Origin: Vitrella brassicaformis CCMP3155
Taxonomy: Eukaryota > Protista > Chromerida
Assembly (NCBI GenBank): GCA_001179505.1
Contig: CDMY01000305.1
Coordinates: 372,001-436,000, forward strand
Direction of reading: 5' to 3'
DNA: 64,000 nt
Part shown: positions 10,201 through 22,545 of the stretch, one piece after another
Layout: every line of letters begins with the position of its first letter
Position numbering within the stretch: position 1 is the stretch's first letter
Notes under the pieces: model-generated
Databases searched by the model: none
Told to the model about the DNA's origin: nothing
Seen by the model: only the letters and a program-made list of their open reading frames with translations
Position numbers and translations under genes: made by a program

Positions 10201-12758
10201 CACAACACACCAAACAGGTACACATCGATGCATCCTCCACTCTCACACCGTGTATGTGTTTTTGTGTGTGGGGGGCGTTCTGGTATGTGTCGCTATATCG
10301 CAGCCCCCTGCACCCTCACCCTCACCTCCGCCCCCTCCGCGTGTGTATGACCGCTCCATCGAGCGGGAGACGTCTCGACTGCGTGAAGCAATGGAGCGCC
10401 AGATCGGTGACATGAAGCGCGAGCATGAGGCCGAGGTCAAGGGCCTCATGAAGAAAGTTCGACAGGTCGGGTCGGTGGGCGGGTCGGTGTGGGGTGAATG
10501 GATGGATTGATGGATGGATTGATGGATGGATGGACGTCCTGTGCTTGGCGTGTATGTGTGCAGCTGGAGGACAGTTTGGGCAACGCCGAGTATGAGGTCA
10601 AGAACCTGCCCACACACAGGGAGGTCCAGACGCTCAAGAACGAGATACTCAAACTCAAAGTGAGTGACTGACCAACCACACACAACACGCTGATATATAT
10701 ATTGCATCTCTCCGCTGCCATTGCAATGGTTAGGATGAGGTGAATCCGAGAAAGCGCGCCGACTGGCGTCACTCAGACCCCCGCACCCTCATCCGGCGCG
10801 ACCGTCAGCTGCATCAGCTGGGGCTCAACCAGCTGAACGACATGCCACGAAATGACGCCATCGAGCTCGTCAAGGTAAGATGGGGAGGGTGGGTGGGTGG
10901 GTGCGTATACACGGGGCGCGCCGTCGTCCACCTCGGCAACGCATAGCACACGAGACTGTGACTGTCTCTTGTTTGTGTGCTGTCTGTGTGCAGGAGAGCT
11001 GCCGATTGATGAGTGTGTCTGACCCCCAGTCGCTGCCGTCGGCCATCTCAGAGGCGCAGAAACTCAAAGAAGAGAACCGGACGCTGGAGCAGTTTGCTAA
11101 GGTGGGGAACATGACACGATCACGCCCAGACAGACAGATAGACAGTCACGCTCACACGGCTTCCTCGCATGTGTGTGTGTGTGTGTGGTGTTGTTTGCTC
11201 CAGTCTGTGTCAGGGATTCTCCTAGGCGACTTCGCGAAGAAGGACCTCGGCCGCGCACAAGACGCCCTGCTGTCATGGCGGTCACAGATCAGACGGGTCA
11301 GTAAATTAAGCGGCTGACTGACTGACCCGCCACAAAACACATGACTGTCTGTTTGTCCGTGTGTCTGTCTGTCTGTCTGCATGTCTGTCTGATCTGTACA
11401 AACACACAGCTCAAGGACTACACCAACTTCCACCTGGCCATCGAGTCGATCATCCGCAGCCGCCCTCTGGCCCCGCCGCCCGCCACGGCTCTCCCCCATG
11501 GGCGTGAGGACCAGCCGCAGTACTCTTTGGTGGAGCTCATGGCCATTATTGAGGAAATGGTCAAGGCGGAAGAGGCCGACAGACGGCATGAGGTGGGTCT
11601 GATGGATGGATGGGATCCGTCGGCGGAGAGAGAGAGGGGTGTCTCGTGTGTGGTGTGTGTGTGGGTGGTCAGGCCGCTGTGATGTCCGCTGCTGTGGCCG
11701 AGCAGCCCTTATCGTCGTCGTCGGCTGCCGGTGGAGCTGGTGCTGGTGGTGGCAGTGTGTCTGATGCGGTGAATCAGCAGGTAGTGCGGCGACTGATGAC
11801 GCTGTTTGAGGTGCGCGACGTGGCGGGGTGCATCGCTCTACTCGAGAGGCTCTACTCTAACGTAAGTAGCAGCAGCAGCAGCAGCAAAATGCCTTCAGCA
11901 CGCTCATGCACACAGCGGATGGATGTGTGTGTGTGTGTGGGTGGGTGGTGTGTGGGTGGGATCAGCGGTTCGAGCAGCAGCATTTCTGGCGGGCCGTCTG
12001 CACGCACCTCGGCCTCGACCCACAGAAGACCACCGCATACCACGTACGCAACGACGGCCGACACGAGCCACTGTCCCCACTGTCCCTCCCTCCCTCCCTC
12101 CCTCTCTGTCTTCTTCAGTGCCAGGAGCGGCTGGCCGCCGCGCTCAAGGCCACCCACGTGCCGTCCGTGGCACTCATGCGCAACACCATCCCCAGCCCCA
12201 CCGCCACCCACCCCCACACAGACACAGAGCCACCCAGATGGCCGTCTGACGAGAGGGAGAGGGAGAGGGGCGTGACGCCGCGGGAGGCTATAGGCATCAC
12301 TAGACGGATCATGGACAGGTCCGTTGGGTGTTTGGGTGCGTGGGTGGGTCACCGGTGGGTGGGTGGATGTCTGATCTGAATGTGTGTGTCTGGTGTGTCA
12401 GTTTGGGAGTTTCGCGTACGGAGGAGGTGCCGGTGGAGATCGACAGACTGCGTCGGCTGGCGGAGGACAACATCGTGGACGGAAAGGTGGTGGCGGACCT
12501 GCAGGCACTCCTGCGACTGCAGTCGGTGTCGGACATCCTGCCAACCGTCCAAAGGTCAGTCTGTGGCACCACACACATCCTCACGCACATCGTCAGATTG
12601 ATGGGAGGACGGTGCGTGTGTGTGTGTTGTGTGGTTTGTGTGTGGTCAGCCTACTGGAGAGGCTGCGTGCCCGTATTGGCGGGATTGGCGGTGGTGGTAC
12701 TGATGTGGTGGAGCGGCCCTCTCCGAGCCCATACGGCCCATCGTCCTCGTTCCCATGA
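7278..12758 (+). CDS. CEP70-like centrosomal coiled-coil protein with long disordered N-terminus (multi-exon)
   Basis: QDWQRLNSRLRANGFKSIPL resembles the CEP70 N-motif (EWESINxLLxxHGLKPL). LKGKKVTSANDGAAIDIINYFEKKV resembles [25 protein letters not shown]. C-terminal RRLMTLFEVRDVAGCIALLERLY resembles [22 protein letters not shown]. Extensive coiled coil. Family comparison from memory. Confidence 0.6.
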
Positions 12759-13429
12759 CTACCATGACGACCCCACGGGCTCACACAGAGGGTTGGGTGC
12801 GGCACGGTGCGTGGTTGTTGTCCGGCTGTCTGCTAGTGTATGGCCTGGATGGTGTGTATGCGTGTATGCTTAAAGGGAGGTGGTGGAAGGGATGAAGGGA
12901 GCTTTGAAAGGCATGGTGCTCGCCTCGCTCGGGAAATGTATCTGTCTGTCTGTCTGTCCGTGTGTATGTGTTGTTATGTGCACGTGACGTGTACACTTCT
13001 GCATATCTATCCATCACATGACATCACTCGTCTGTCTTTTTCCGTTGATGGTCGGTCGAAGGTTTCAGTCAGCTCGATAAAAAGTCTCCACAAATGTAAT
13101 CTCTTCTACAGACGGCATGGACATGGACATGGACACCACCCACCGCTAGCTTCATTCAAGCAGTCCAGCCACGCATCGAGTGAGTGAGTCTCACTCTCTT
13201 GAATGAACACCGACCGAGTCACTCCAGACATCAATCAAGAAAAGAGTGCAGTGCAGTGCACCTCGACAGCAAGAATTAGTTCATGAGTGACCACCAGACA
13301 CATCACACACACGCGCTACAGGGAGTCCGCCCACCCACCCACTGACCTCTCTCACTCTCTCTCTCTCCTCGATCTGCTAGCGTGGAGCAGAGAAGCACTC
13401 TCATCCTTCCTGATCCACTTGTGCTTCTC

Positions 13430-13998
13430 TCATCCTTCCTGATCCACTTGCGGAGTGCCATCCTCGAGGAGTGCCGGGTCGAAGTCGGGGTCGTAGTCGT
13501 CGGCGGCCTGCCTTCTCGAGGGCCAGTCAAAGGGCGGGATGTTGGTTTTGTCCCCGAAGCAGCCCAGCGGGAAGAGGCTATCAGGGTACTTGCGCTTCAT
13601 CATCCTGGTGGATTGACGGACACAGAGAGACAGGGCAGGAGAAGATGGCGTCCGCGCGTCTGTCTGTCTGTCTGTCTTGGTGCACCCGTCACTTACTCGT
13701 GTTCCTTGGCGAACCTCTGTGCGCAGTAGTCAGCCAACTCGATGAACTCCTCGGTCACCTCGCCATCCGCCTTGGTGAGCATCGCGTCCAGCTTGGCTAT
13801 CTCCTCGTCCGTCATGCGATTGGGGGTGCAGACGTACTGAGCCGGCCTTGTACCATACCGAGATCCGGCTCGCTGCCAGTTGAGCTTTCCGCACGCCACG
13901 CGGACGCGCCAGAACTGGTGGTCTGGATGCTTCATGCGCGGATTCCGGAAGAGCGGGGGCTGCCTCCAGGGGCAAGTCCAGGGGCAAAGATTACCCAT
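13430..13998 (-). CDS. Two-exon hypothetical protein (~155 aa) with MGNLC N-terminus
   Basis: ORF 13998-13697 ends at donor gtaagt. Acceptor ccaccag at 13605 continues in frame as EMMKRKYPDSLFPLGCFGDKTNIPPFDWP...DQEG, TGA at 13432-13430. Confidence 0.65.
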
Positions 13999-14201
13999 TC
14001 TTGCTCTCTCTCTCGGCGGTCAGCTGCCTTGGACTCCTTTGCATTCTCAGACAGCAGGCTTCTGCGATCTCATTCTTGCCAGACTTTGATGTGTGAGCGG
14101 TGTGAAGCACGTCAAAGTCACAGATCTTGGCCCTCCCTTTGCGAGGCTTTGCGAGGGCTTGCAAGCTTAGCCGGGGAAGAGGCAGGAAAGATCTCCACAG
14201 T

Positions 14202-15391
14202 ATGACCTTCCTCACCAACGTGCAGAGCTTTCTGAACCGCTTCGTGTGCAGCTCGCTCATCCCGCCACCTCCGAGAGCAGCTGAAGAAAAGTGAGCCTAG
14301 CCTCTCCATCCGACACACAGCGCACAAACGCACAGATAAGCTGCATGCCCCGCCTCACCTTGCCTTGTGTGACGCGTAGGAACCGAATCGCGATTGTGTG
14401 GGGACATCCAAGGTAGAAAGGAGAGCACCTTTCTGTCCGACGACGATGTGGTGCTGGTCTGCGTGCGATGGATGGATGAATGGATGGATGGATGGATGGC
14501 AGGTTCGACAGCTACAGCGCGGCACTGCTGGCGAGAGCCAAGGCGGGGCTGGCAAAGGCTGGTGAGTGCAGCAACATCATCATCACACAGGCGGGCACGG
14601 ACAAACGCACACACACACACACAGACACACATGGCCGTCCGCTGTGGCACGTCGGTCTTTCGTTATTGCAGGTCATGAGGTGCAGCAGATCGACCTCTAC
14701 CACGAGGCTCCTGGCGCTAAGCTGGGGCCTTTCGAGTGTGCACTGAGCTCGTATGAGCACGAGGGCTACTACGACCCATCGACCATCCCCGCCGACATCC
14801 AGGAGCACCTCAAGATACTCAAATGGGCCGACAAAGGTGGGTGGGCCAGCCAAGTGAAATGAATGACCTCTGTGTGCCTACCCTGTGTGTGGTGGACGTT
14901 TCTCCTGCTCTCTCTTGGTTGCTTCCTTCTCCAGTGCTCTTCATCTACCCGACTTGGTGGTTCGGTCCTCCGGCGATGGTCAAGGGCTGGATGGATCGCG
15001 TGCTGCGGATGGGCGAGACCTTCGACCTTCCCGGCAAGAGCACCCCATCCACCAACCCCGCCAGCACTGCCGCGTCGGGCCTGATTCCCATGCTCACACA
15101 CATCAAGAAGATCGGCCTGTAAGCACACAGACGCCAGCCAACACAAGTGCCACCGAATGGCTTGTGTGTGTGTGTGTGTGTGTGAGGATAACGACGTATG
15201 GCGCACCGAAGTGGTATTTTCTGGTGTACAGCGGCGACTACAGCAGGAAGATCGTGAGCCGGGTGTTCGCGCCGGCGTGTGTGGGGTTCCCCGAGCTGCT
15301 GATCCTCTGGATGATCAACCTGGACCTGTCGGACATGAAGGCCAGGGAGACCTTCCTACAGAAAGTCGAGGCCTCCTGCGAGCACTTCTGA
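14202..15391 (+). CDS. Flavodoxin-like fold NAD(P)H dehydrogenase (quinone), Flavodoxin_2 family
   Basis: Spliced RIAIVWGHPR-FDSYSAALL..HEVQQIDLY..FIYPTWWFGPPAMVKGWMDRVL..ITTYGAP. PxWWxxxPAxxKGWxDRV is the family motif. Confidence 0.88.
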
Positions 15392-15398
15392 TCTATCC

Positions 15399-15432
<34 letters not shown>

Positions 15433-16341
15433 CCGTCGTGTGTCCCTTTTGTCCCCGACAGCAGCCTTGTTCTGTCTCGGTTCACTGCTGGGGGCGAAAG
15501 GCCGTTGCTGGCGGGACTGGCAGGAACGCACTATGGCCCATGTATTATTTTTCCCGGACCGCATGGCATGGCATGCGGTTCCGTCGGCTTTTTTTGTGTG
15601 CTTTATGAGATATCGAACTGCCCGTGTGTGGCTGCCTTTGCTGTTTTTTTGGTAGCTTTATAGGGAATGGATATGCTGGCTGCATATGATGATGATATGC
15701 GTGAAAAGAGAAATGGACCAAACCATTTTGGGATCTTGTTGGCAGTGAGTGAGTGTCCGTTGCTCGCTCTACAAAGCTACATGATTCCATTTATAAGGGA
15801 CCAGAAGCGAATAACCCGACCGACACCATTTCCGTGTGGCTTCTTGTGTGCGTTGTATGAAGAAAAACCGAGCGGCCTCTGTGTGGCCGCGTGGCTGACA
15901 TGCGGACAACTGGCCGCTCATCGCTTCATGTAAGCGCAGGGCATAGATGAGTTTGAGCGTTTCTGTCATGTGCATATGTGCAAACCCAGTCAGTCGGTCA
16001 GTTGCCACACACACATACACACATCCGTCCATCCATCCATCCAGCAGCACCAACACATGCTCGTTCACTCCGTTTATCACCGCATTCACGTCGGTGACCC
16101 TCGACTAGATGAGTGCCATTGGGTGAACATCATGAGAATGACTCACACCCACCGGTGCCTGTCTGTCCATCTGCTGGCCTGCCTGCCTCCCATTTGTCCG
16201 TCCACCCACACCAGGGAAGCAGCGAGTGAGGCAGCGACACCAACCTAGTCATGCGCACATCAAAACCTGCCCGCCCGTCTGCCTGTCCCTCCCTCTCATC
16301 CATCCATCCATCCATGTGGCTACGTGCCCCACTCGCTCATC

Positions 16342-18100
16342 TCACGTCAGCTGCAGCGGTCTGAAGGTCGCTCTGCCGTCCCGGCCCCTCTCGACGCACC
16401 CCAGCTGCTGCCACTGGAACTGGCACTCGTCATTGTCCAGGTGCTCGTTGAAGCCCTTGACCAGCCCCGCCACGCCATGCTGGGCCGCCTCGTCCAGCCG
16501 GGCCCTGTGCGCCACCTCACGCACACCCAGCAGCAGGTGCTGCCCGCCCTGCTGCCCCCTGATGGCGAAGCACTGCAGCGGCACCCGCACCATCTCGCCA
16601 CCCACATCGGCCATCCCGCCCACCACCTCCCTGTTGCTGCTGGCCTCGTACACTGCCGACCGGACGAAATGCTCGACAGCCGCACGCACACGCCGGGCCA
16701 TGGCGGAGTGCCGCACGCCGATGGCCTCGGAGATGGTCTGGGTGGCGGCTTCCATGTCGAACAAGTACGATGCGATGCGCCAGGCGAAGATGGGGGCCTC
16801 CTGCGGGCCGACGGCCAGCCGGGGGGCGAGCAAGGCCGCGAGCGACCGCTGAGGGGCTAGGGCGGCGTTGATGGCAGCCATGACGTCATCCGGCAGGTTG
16901 TTGAGCACTGTCGCGTACTCGGGCAGCATCAGCTGGCGACCGCGGCGGTCCTCCCCTATGGCAGTGGGCATGAGGGCGATGTCGGCACCCGCCTGCAGGA
17001 GCACACGGATGGTGGTCCTGAGGTGGGGGATCCGTCTTGTGGCTCGGTCCCTCTCGGCCTGCCCCGTGTTGCCTTCATGCAGCTGTTGGGTGGCCTCATC
17101 GAGCCGTCCGGCAGCGACGGCGAGGGGTGTGCAGGTGGGGAAATACGGGAGCCATCTGTTGATGCCGGTAGCGGCGAGACGGTGGCAGAGAGAGGCAGCC
17201 ACACAGTGGGAACCATTGCAGGCCGTGAAATGCAATGGTGACAGCCCCAGGTTGTCCACGGCCCTGACGTCCGCCCCGTTGGTCACCAGCAGGTCGATGT
17301 AGCTCTCGATGAACTGCTGGGACCAGACGGGAGGTCTGCAGGCCACCCAATGCACCGGATTCTTGCCATCCGGGTCCCGCTCGGTTGCGAGTGTGCCGTC
17401 CCGCTGGATGAGCTGCCGGTGGAAGGACAGCAGGATGGCCTCGTGAGCCTCAGTCGGCTGATCCGTCGGCAATGTGAGCGGCAGATGGAGCAGGTATCGC
17501 CCCCGCAGCTGGAGGCCTGGAACAGACAGACAGACAGACAGACATCCACCATGCTGTGTTTTTACGTGTCGTGAGTGCTGTGAATGGGTGTGCACCTGGC
17601 TGGCCCATCAGAAGATTGAACGCGGCCCGGTTGCAGGAGGCGACGGCCACGCGGATGGGCAAAGAGGCATTCCTCCCCGCGTTGATATCGGCACCGCTCT
17701 CGATCAGGGTGCGCATGACGGAGAGCTGTAGGGCGCGGGTCCGCCACGTCGACAAGGCGACGGGAGTCATAGTATCAACATCCACGCCGTCGGGTGCCCA
17801 GATGGACGTCACGCGGTTGTCGGTGAGGTTGTCGCTGCACAGCGACAGCAGAGGAAAGGCAAAATAGCCGCCCGTGGTGCCCGCCACCCGCACCCTCGGC
17901 ATCACATTGGGGTCGGCTCCCTGCTGCTGAATCAGCTGGGTCACCTGCTGTACGTCAAGGATGGTGCGCTCTATGATGATGGCCAAGGACAGCCGACTGC
18001 TGGCGTCGCTGGTGCCACGGGGGAAGCTGACGACCACCCCGTCCCCGTGGCTCTTCCAGCCACGTGATAACGGCGGACCTGCGGCTGACAAAGCAGACAC
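16342..18100 (-). CDS. Ankyrin-repeat protein of a lineage-expanded family (2 exons)
   Basis: LIESGADINAG, DGKNPVHWVAC, LLVTNGADVRAVDNLGLSPLHFTAC, VLLQAGADI. Intron about 17519-17595 with GT..AG. Confidence 0.85.
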
Positions 18101-19067
18101 ATTAGACTAGCAATGATGAATGAGGGGCGATTCTGATTTGTGTGTCTGTGGGTGTTCAGCTACCTCTGTTCTGTCGGCTCCGGTTCTCTCCGCTGCGCTG
18201 CTGCCCAACAAGACCCCGACCAACACGGCTAACATCTCTACCTGCACACATGCACAAACAGGATAGTGAGGCACATATCGACGGAGTGTCCTGCTTGCTC
18301 GTGCGTGTGGTATGATGGTCACTCACCACTATCGACACCATTGCGATCTGGTTCATCTGGTTGTGCGCTGCCGTCACGCTGTTCCTCCTCGGCTACACCG
18401 TCTGCAAAGGAACACACACATCCACACGCGTGATGCTTGGCGATGATGCTGTGTGTGTGATGTGCTGCAATTTGTCTGAGTTGAGTGTACCTTCATCGCC
18501 ATCGCCACCATCCGCCGGGCCACCAGGGGCCATGTCGGTGTCGTGACGACCTGACGAGATCGCTCTCACTCACCCACACAGACTGCACGAACCACACACA
18601 GAGAGAGATATGGGCAGGCACCTGGTGCATGTGTTGTGTTGTGTTGTGTGCATCAATCAGTGCTTGCCTGTCAGATTTGAGTCGACGGCTGACTGCACAC
18701 ACTGTCGCTCAATCAACCAGTCCGCCCGTCGACAAGGCAGACCTGACGGCCACCTTCAACACACACAGACAGCGAATAGATCATCATGGTGTGCTTGTGC
18801 ATGCAACCAATCGCCGCATCTTCACTCACCGTGGACGAGAAGCCGCTACGTGGCGATAGCGATGGATACGCTGTTGATGGAACTCTGGTAGAATACCACC
18901 AGTGGATCAGCAGGAACTCACTTCTTCACCCACGGAATCATTCCCCTCTCTCCAGCTCGCATGATGTGATCTCCGCCATGAGTGCCACGGCCAACGGCAC
19001 CTTGAAGCCGTACTATCTCCCATCCTCTGCACCTCTCTGAAATCGCTGGAACCGGCTGCAGCTCAAG

Positions 19068-20503
19068 ATGAGTTCGGACTCGGAAGCCTTCCCTCTCATT
19101 CTCCCTCGCCCGCCTCTACACAAGCCGCCCCGCCCCCCCCTGATCAGCCGCCTGTGCGTCTATGACCTGCCTGTTGCCGTGGATGGCGAGCAGCTCATCA
19201 CCGACCCATCGCTGCTGCGCAAGATCCAGTCATCCATCCCTTCGCCATCTGTCAGCGAAGAGCTCAAGGCGCTGTGTGTGGCCTTCGCTGTGGTGGGGTC
19301 TTTCTTGTATGTGCCGATAGTGCTGGTGTGGGTGTATCGGAGATACTGCAAGACCAGGTGGCAAAAGGCCGCCCTGCTGGCGGGGCTGCTGCTCGTCTGT
19401 CTGGTTCCGGTGCGCCAGCGGCCGTTCATCCGCTTTCTCGGCGCATGGCGGACGCTGCTGAGGTACCTGACTGTGGTGGTTGCGTTTGAGGAGCCTGAGA
19501 AGGTTCCGCTGCAGGAGAGTGTTATCATGCCTGTCGTTCCCCATGGTGTCTTCCCTGTCGGCCAGGTGGGTGGGTGATTGTTGTCCTGTCGGATCTGTAG
19601 ATGGATGGATGGATTCACACGTGCATCGCATCTCAGGCGTTTCTGAAGACCCATGACATGAATGCGCTGCTGAGGTGGCCGCGGATGGTGGTTGCGTCCT
19701 CGGGGTTCCGCTTCCCCATTTTTAAGCAGCTGATCGAGCTCAGCAACTGCGTTCCGGCGGCGCTGAACAAGGTGCATGAACCGAGCCAGGCCAGCCACGT
19801 ATCGCGTCCACCGTATCGTGCCCTGCCGCTGCGTGTGTGTAGATGACGGCTGCCCTGCGCGATGGTTCTTCTCTTGCACTCACTCCTGGAGGTATTGCGG
19901 AGATCTACGAAGCGGACGACACACACGTAGGCAAGGAACCACACGCACACAGACAACGGACAAGGGCATTGTGTGTGTGAGTGCAGGAGTCGGTCATCAT
20001 TTCTCGGCGGAAGGGCTTCACGCGTCTGGCGATGCAGAGCGGCCGCGGAATCCTCCCTGTATATATCTTCGGCAACACCAGCACATTCAAACAGCTACCA
20101 ATCAGCAAATTCCTCAGGCCGCTGGCAAGGTCCGAGTACACAGACTCACACACATGCCGACGAACCATACCGCTGTTGTGTGTTGTTCAGGTTGACGCGG
20201 GCGGCAGTGAGTCTGTATTACGGTCGGTTCGGTCTCCGGGTTCCCTTTCGAACGCCCCTCCTTTATGTGGTCGGCCGGGAGATTGACACACGGCAGTACC
20301 GACAGAGCGGAAAGCCCATTACTGAGGAGGTGATCTGAGCTTCGGACGCTTTCAACCAGTGCCCTTACGTGTGTGTCTGTCCCTGTTCTGTTGGTCAGGA
20401 TGTGGCTTGTGTGCATGAGCTCGTCATAGACGAGCTTGTTCGTATTTTCGAGAAATACAAGGACGTGTACGGCTGGGGGTACAAGAAGCTCGTCGTCAAG
20501 TGA
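19068..20503 (+). CDS. Diacylglycerol acyltransferase 2 (DGAT2/MOGAT family)
   Basis: N-terminal TM helices, VVPHGVFP (HPHG-type motif), LALTPGGIAE, ESVIISRRKGFTRLAMQSGRGILPVYIFGNT, GRFGLRVPFRTPL..VVGREI. TGA at 20501-20503. An extra 5' exon near 18801-18886 is possible. Confidence 0.9.
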
Positions 20504-20918
20504 ACGGAGAGGGGAGGGAGCCGTGATGGTTGGGTGTCTGTTTGCTTTGTGTGTACATAGTGTGCACGCCTGTAGCTCCTACACATTTGTGTCGATGAAG
20601 GGCGCATTGTTGGCGTCTGTGTGGTTGAGTTGACCATGGACAATGTGTCAGTCAGCGTCTCCCTCGATCTATGAATGTACTTCCCCGTACTGACTGACCA
20701 TTGGCCTACCCATTCATCCACGCACCACCACTGCAACCACGAACGTCTTCCCCACGCCCATCCCAGGCTATATATCGAATTGTCCATGCACACATGCCAC
20801 TCCAAACAGCGATAATTAACCAGCCATCCCCCGTTCCTCTCGTATGGGTCTACTCTACAAGCACGAAAAAACGTACCGCCCACCTCACACACCAGCAGCC
20901 CCTCCGCCCACCCATCGG

Positions 20919-21197
20919 TCAGTCAGTGAGGGCCAGCCATGTTAAGGCGGCCACAGAGCCCCAGACAGCCAGCGATGTCGCACCGAACACCACACACGAC
21001 CGCGCCTTGGAGCCGTCCCCGAGGCCGAGCATCGATGCGGCCATCAGCGACCCGCTGAGCACGGCACTGGTGACGCTGATGCCGCCGATACAGCCCAGGG
21101 AGAGGTAGAAGCGCCATGACGGCGGCCGCCTTGCCTCTCTGTCTTGGTTTCGGCTCTCGGCAGAGATGAGCTGATCTGAAGCTTGCTCCAAGGTCAT
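20919..21197 (-). CDS. Small hypothetical membrane protein (~92 aa)
   Basis: Intronless ORF MTLEQASDQ...FYLSLGCIGGISVTSAVLSGSLMAASMLGL..VVFGATSLAVWGSVAALTWLAL with 2-3 hydrophobic segments. Confidence 0.4.
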   Translation of the reverse strand: MTLEQASDQLISAESRNQDREARRPPSWRFYLSLGCIGGISVTSAVLSGSLMAASMLGLGDGSKARSCVVFGATSLAVWGSVAALTWLALTD

Positions 21198-21796
21198 GAT
21201 CCGTGGCGACGACATGCGGCACACCCAGGCAAGGCAGGCACGAGAGGCAGGCGTTTAATTCTGCGCACACGAGCCTGAATAGGGAAGCTCACAGGGAGGG
21301 TGAAAACACAGCCAATAAGTGTTGCGGCTGCAGGCGCGTACCAGAGCTTTCGTAGGCTTGTTCAGGAGAGACCTGTTCCTCCTTGTCCATCAGAGAGCGA
21401 TTTCACGGAATCTCAAAGCTCGCAGTGTTCTCGAGTTCTGGCGTTTCCTCACCTGCTTCTTCCCCTGGCAGGTGTCTGGTCTCGCTGTGAAGGGATTGAG
21501 CCAATTCAATTGCAAAACAAATGTGCCAGGTTCGAGAAAACCAGCAGTTCGACCCTGGCTCGATCACCTTGCGACATCGACGCCTTTTCGGCCCTGCTGT
21601 CCCGCGTCGGAGGCCTCTGAAGGCTTTCGGGTAGTCACTGCCCACCTCCCAGGCCGCCACAAGCTATACAGCTTCACACCGATTCTGCGACACACAGCTA
21701 CGCTTCAACACTTCCTGCGGTAAGTAAGATGCGGGTGTGTGCATGCTCTTTATCCCTGTGTTGTGTGGTCATCGATGCAGGTCATCGTCTGATCTG

Positions 21797-22483
21797 ATGC
21801 CCCGCTCCGCCCTGCATCGTTTGTCCCAGCACTTGTCGCCCGTCCGCCGCCTGGCCACACACATTCAGCTCTCGCCCGCCGGCAGACACGCATGGAAGAC
21901 ACTGACTGCATCCCACTGGCAGCAGCTGGCCGCCCGCGGCACGACAGGGTGGCAGGCCAACATCGAGAGGCGACTGGTGGATCTTGAGAGGCAGCACGGC
22001 ACCAAGCCGGCCATGGGTGTCAAGACCGAGCCATTCGACGACGAGATGGCACTCACGGTGGGCACCTGCAAGAGATATCTAGCGCATCATGACGAGACCG
22101 AGGCCATCATCAAGAAGGTCGAAGAGCATCTGCGGCGTAGCGAGCGTTTCAAGAAACAAATCGCCGGTATGTGCGGGAGCTTGTCGACGTGGGGAGAATC
22201 TATTGAGAGAAGTGAGGAGAGACTGATGGCTGCAAAGAACCGGCTGGGGAAAGCAGCAAGTTGCGAGGTCCAGTCTTCTCTCAATCAGCAGGTGGCCCAT
22301 GGGGATGCCAGGGCAAAGCCTCTGAAGGAGCGGCTGCGTCGGGATCCGGTGGGCAACGCTGACCACACTGCCAAGCGAGAGCAGGTGGACTTATTTGAGT
22401 CACGTTTTCCTCAGGTTCTGCTGTGGTTCTGCTGCATCCCACTCGGGCTGATTTTGTGGCGCTTACTTTGCTGGTCACTGTAG
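21797..22483 (+). CDS. Hypothetical coiled-coil protein with transit-peptide-like N-terminus and C-terminal membrane anchor
   Basis: MPRSALHRLSQHLSPVRRLATH (Arg/Ser-rich, no acidic residues), heptad-like middle, terminal VLLWFCCIPLGLILWRLLCWSL. Confidence 0.5.
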   Translation: MPRSALHRLSQHLSPVRRLATHIQLSPAGRHAWKTLTASHWQQLAARGTTGWQANIERRLVDLERQHGTKPAMGVKTEPFDDEMALTVGTCKRYLAHHDETEAIIKKVEEHLRRSERFKKQIAGMCGSLSTWGESIERSEERLMAAKNRLGKAASCEVQSSLNQQVAHGDARAKPLKERLRRDPVGNADHTAKREQVDLFESRFPQVLLWFCCIPLGLILWRLLCWSL

Positions 22484-22545
22484 TGCTTTGCTGGTCACTG
22501 TAGTGCTTTGCTGGTTACTGTAATGCTTTGCTGGTCACTGTAGTG
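22466..22545 (+). repeat. 20-bp minisatellite, 4 copies
   Basis: ctttgctggtcactgtagtg x4 with two substitutions in copy 3; overlaps the stop codon of the preceding ORF. Confidence 0.95.

Noticed and set aside
18156-18770. Chain of minus-strand GT-AG exon-like pieces upstream of the ankyrin gene
   Set aside because: Splices plausibly but gives a low-complexity peptide with no start or recognisable domain; not supportable as a gene.
22466-22545. Possible CRISPR-like array
   Set aside because: Contiguous tandem units with no spacers, eukaryotic context, no cas genes.
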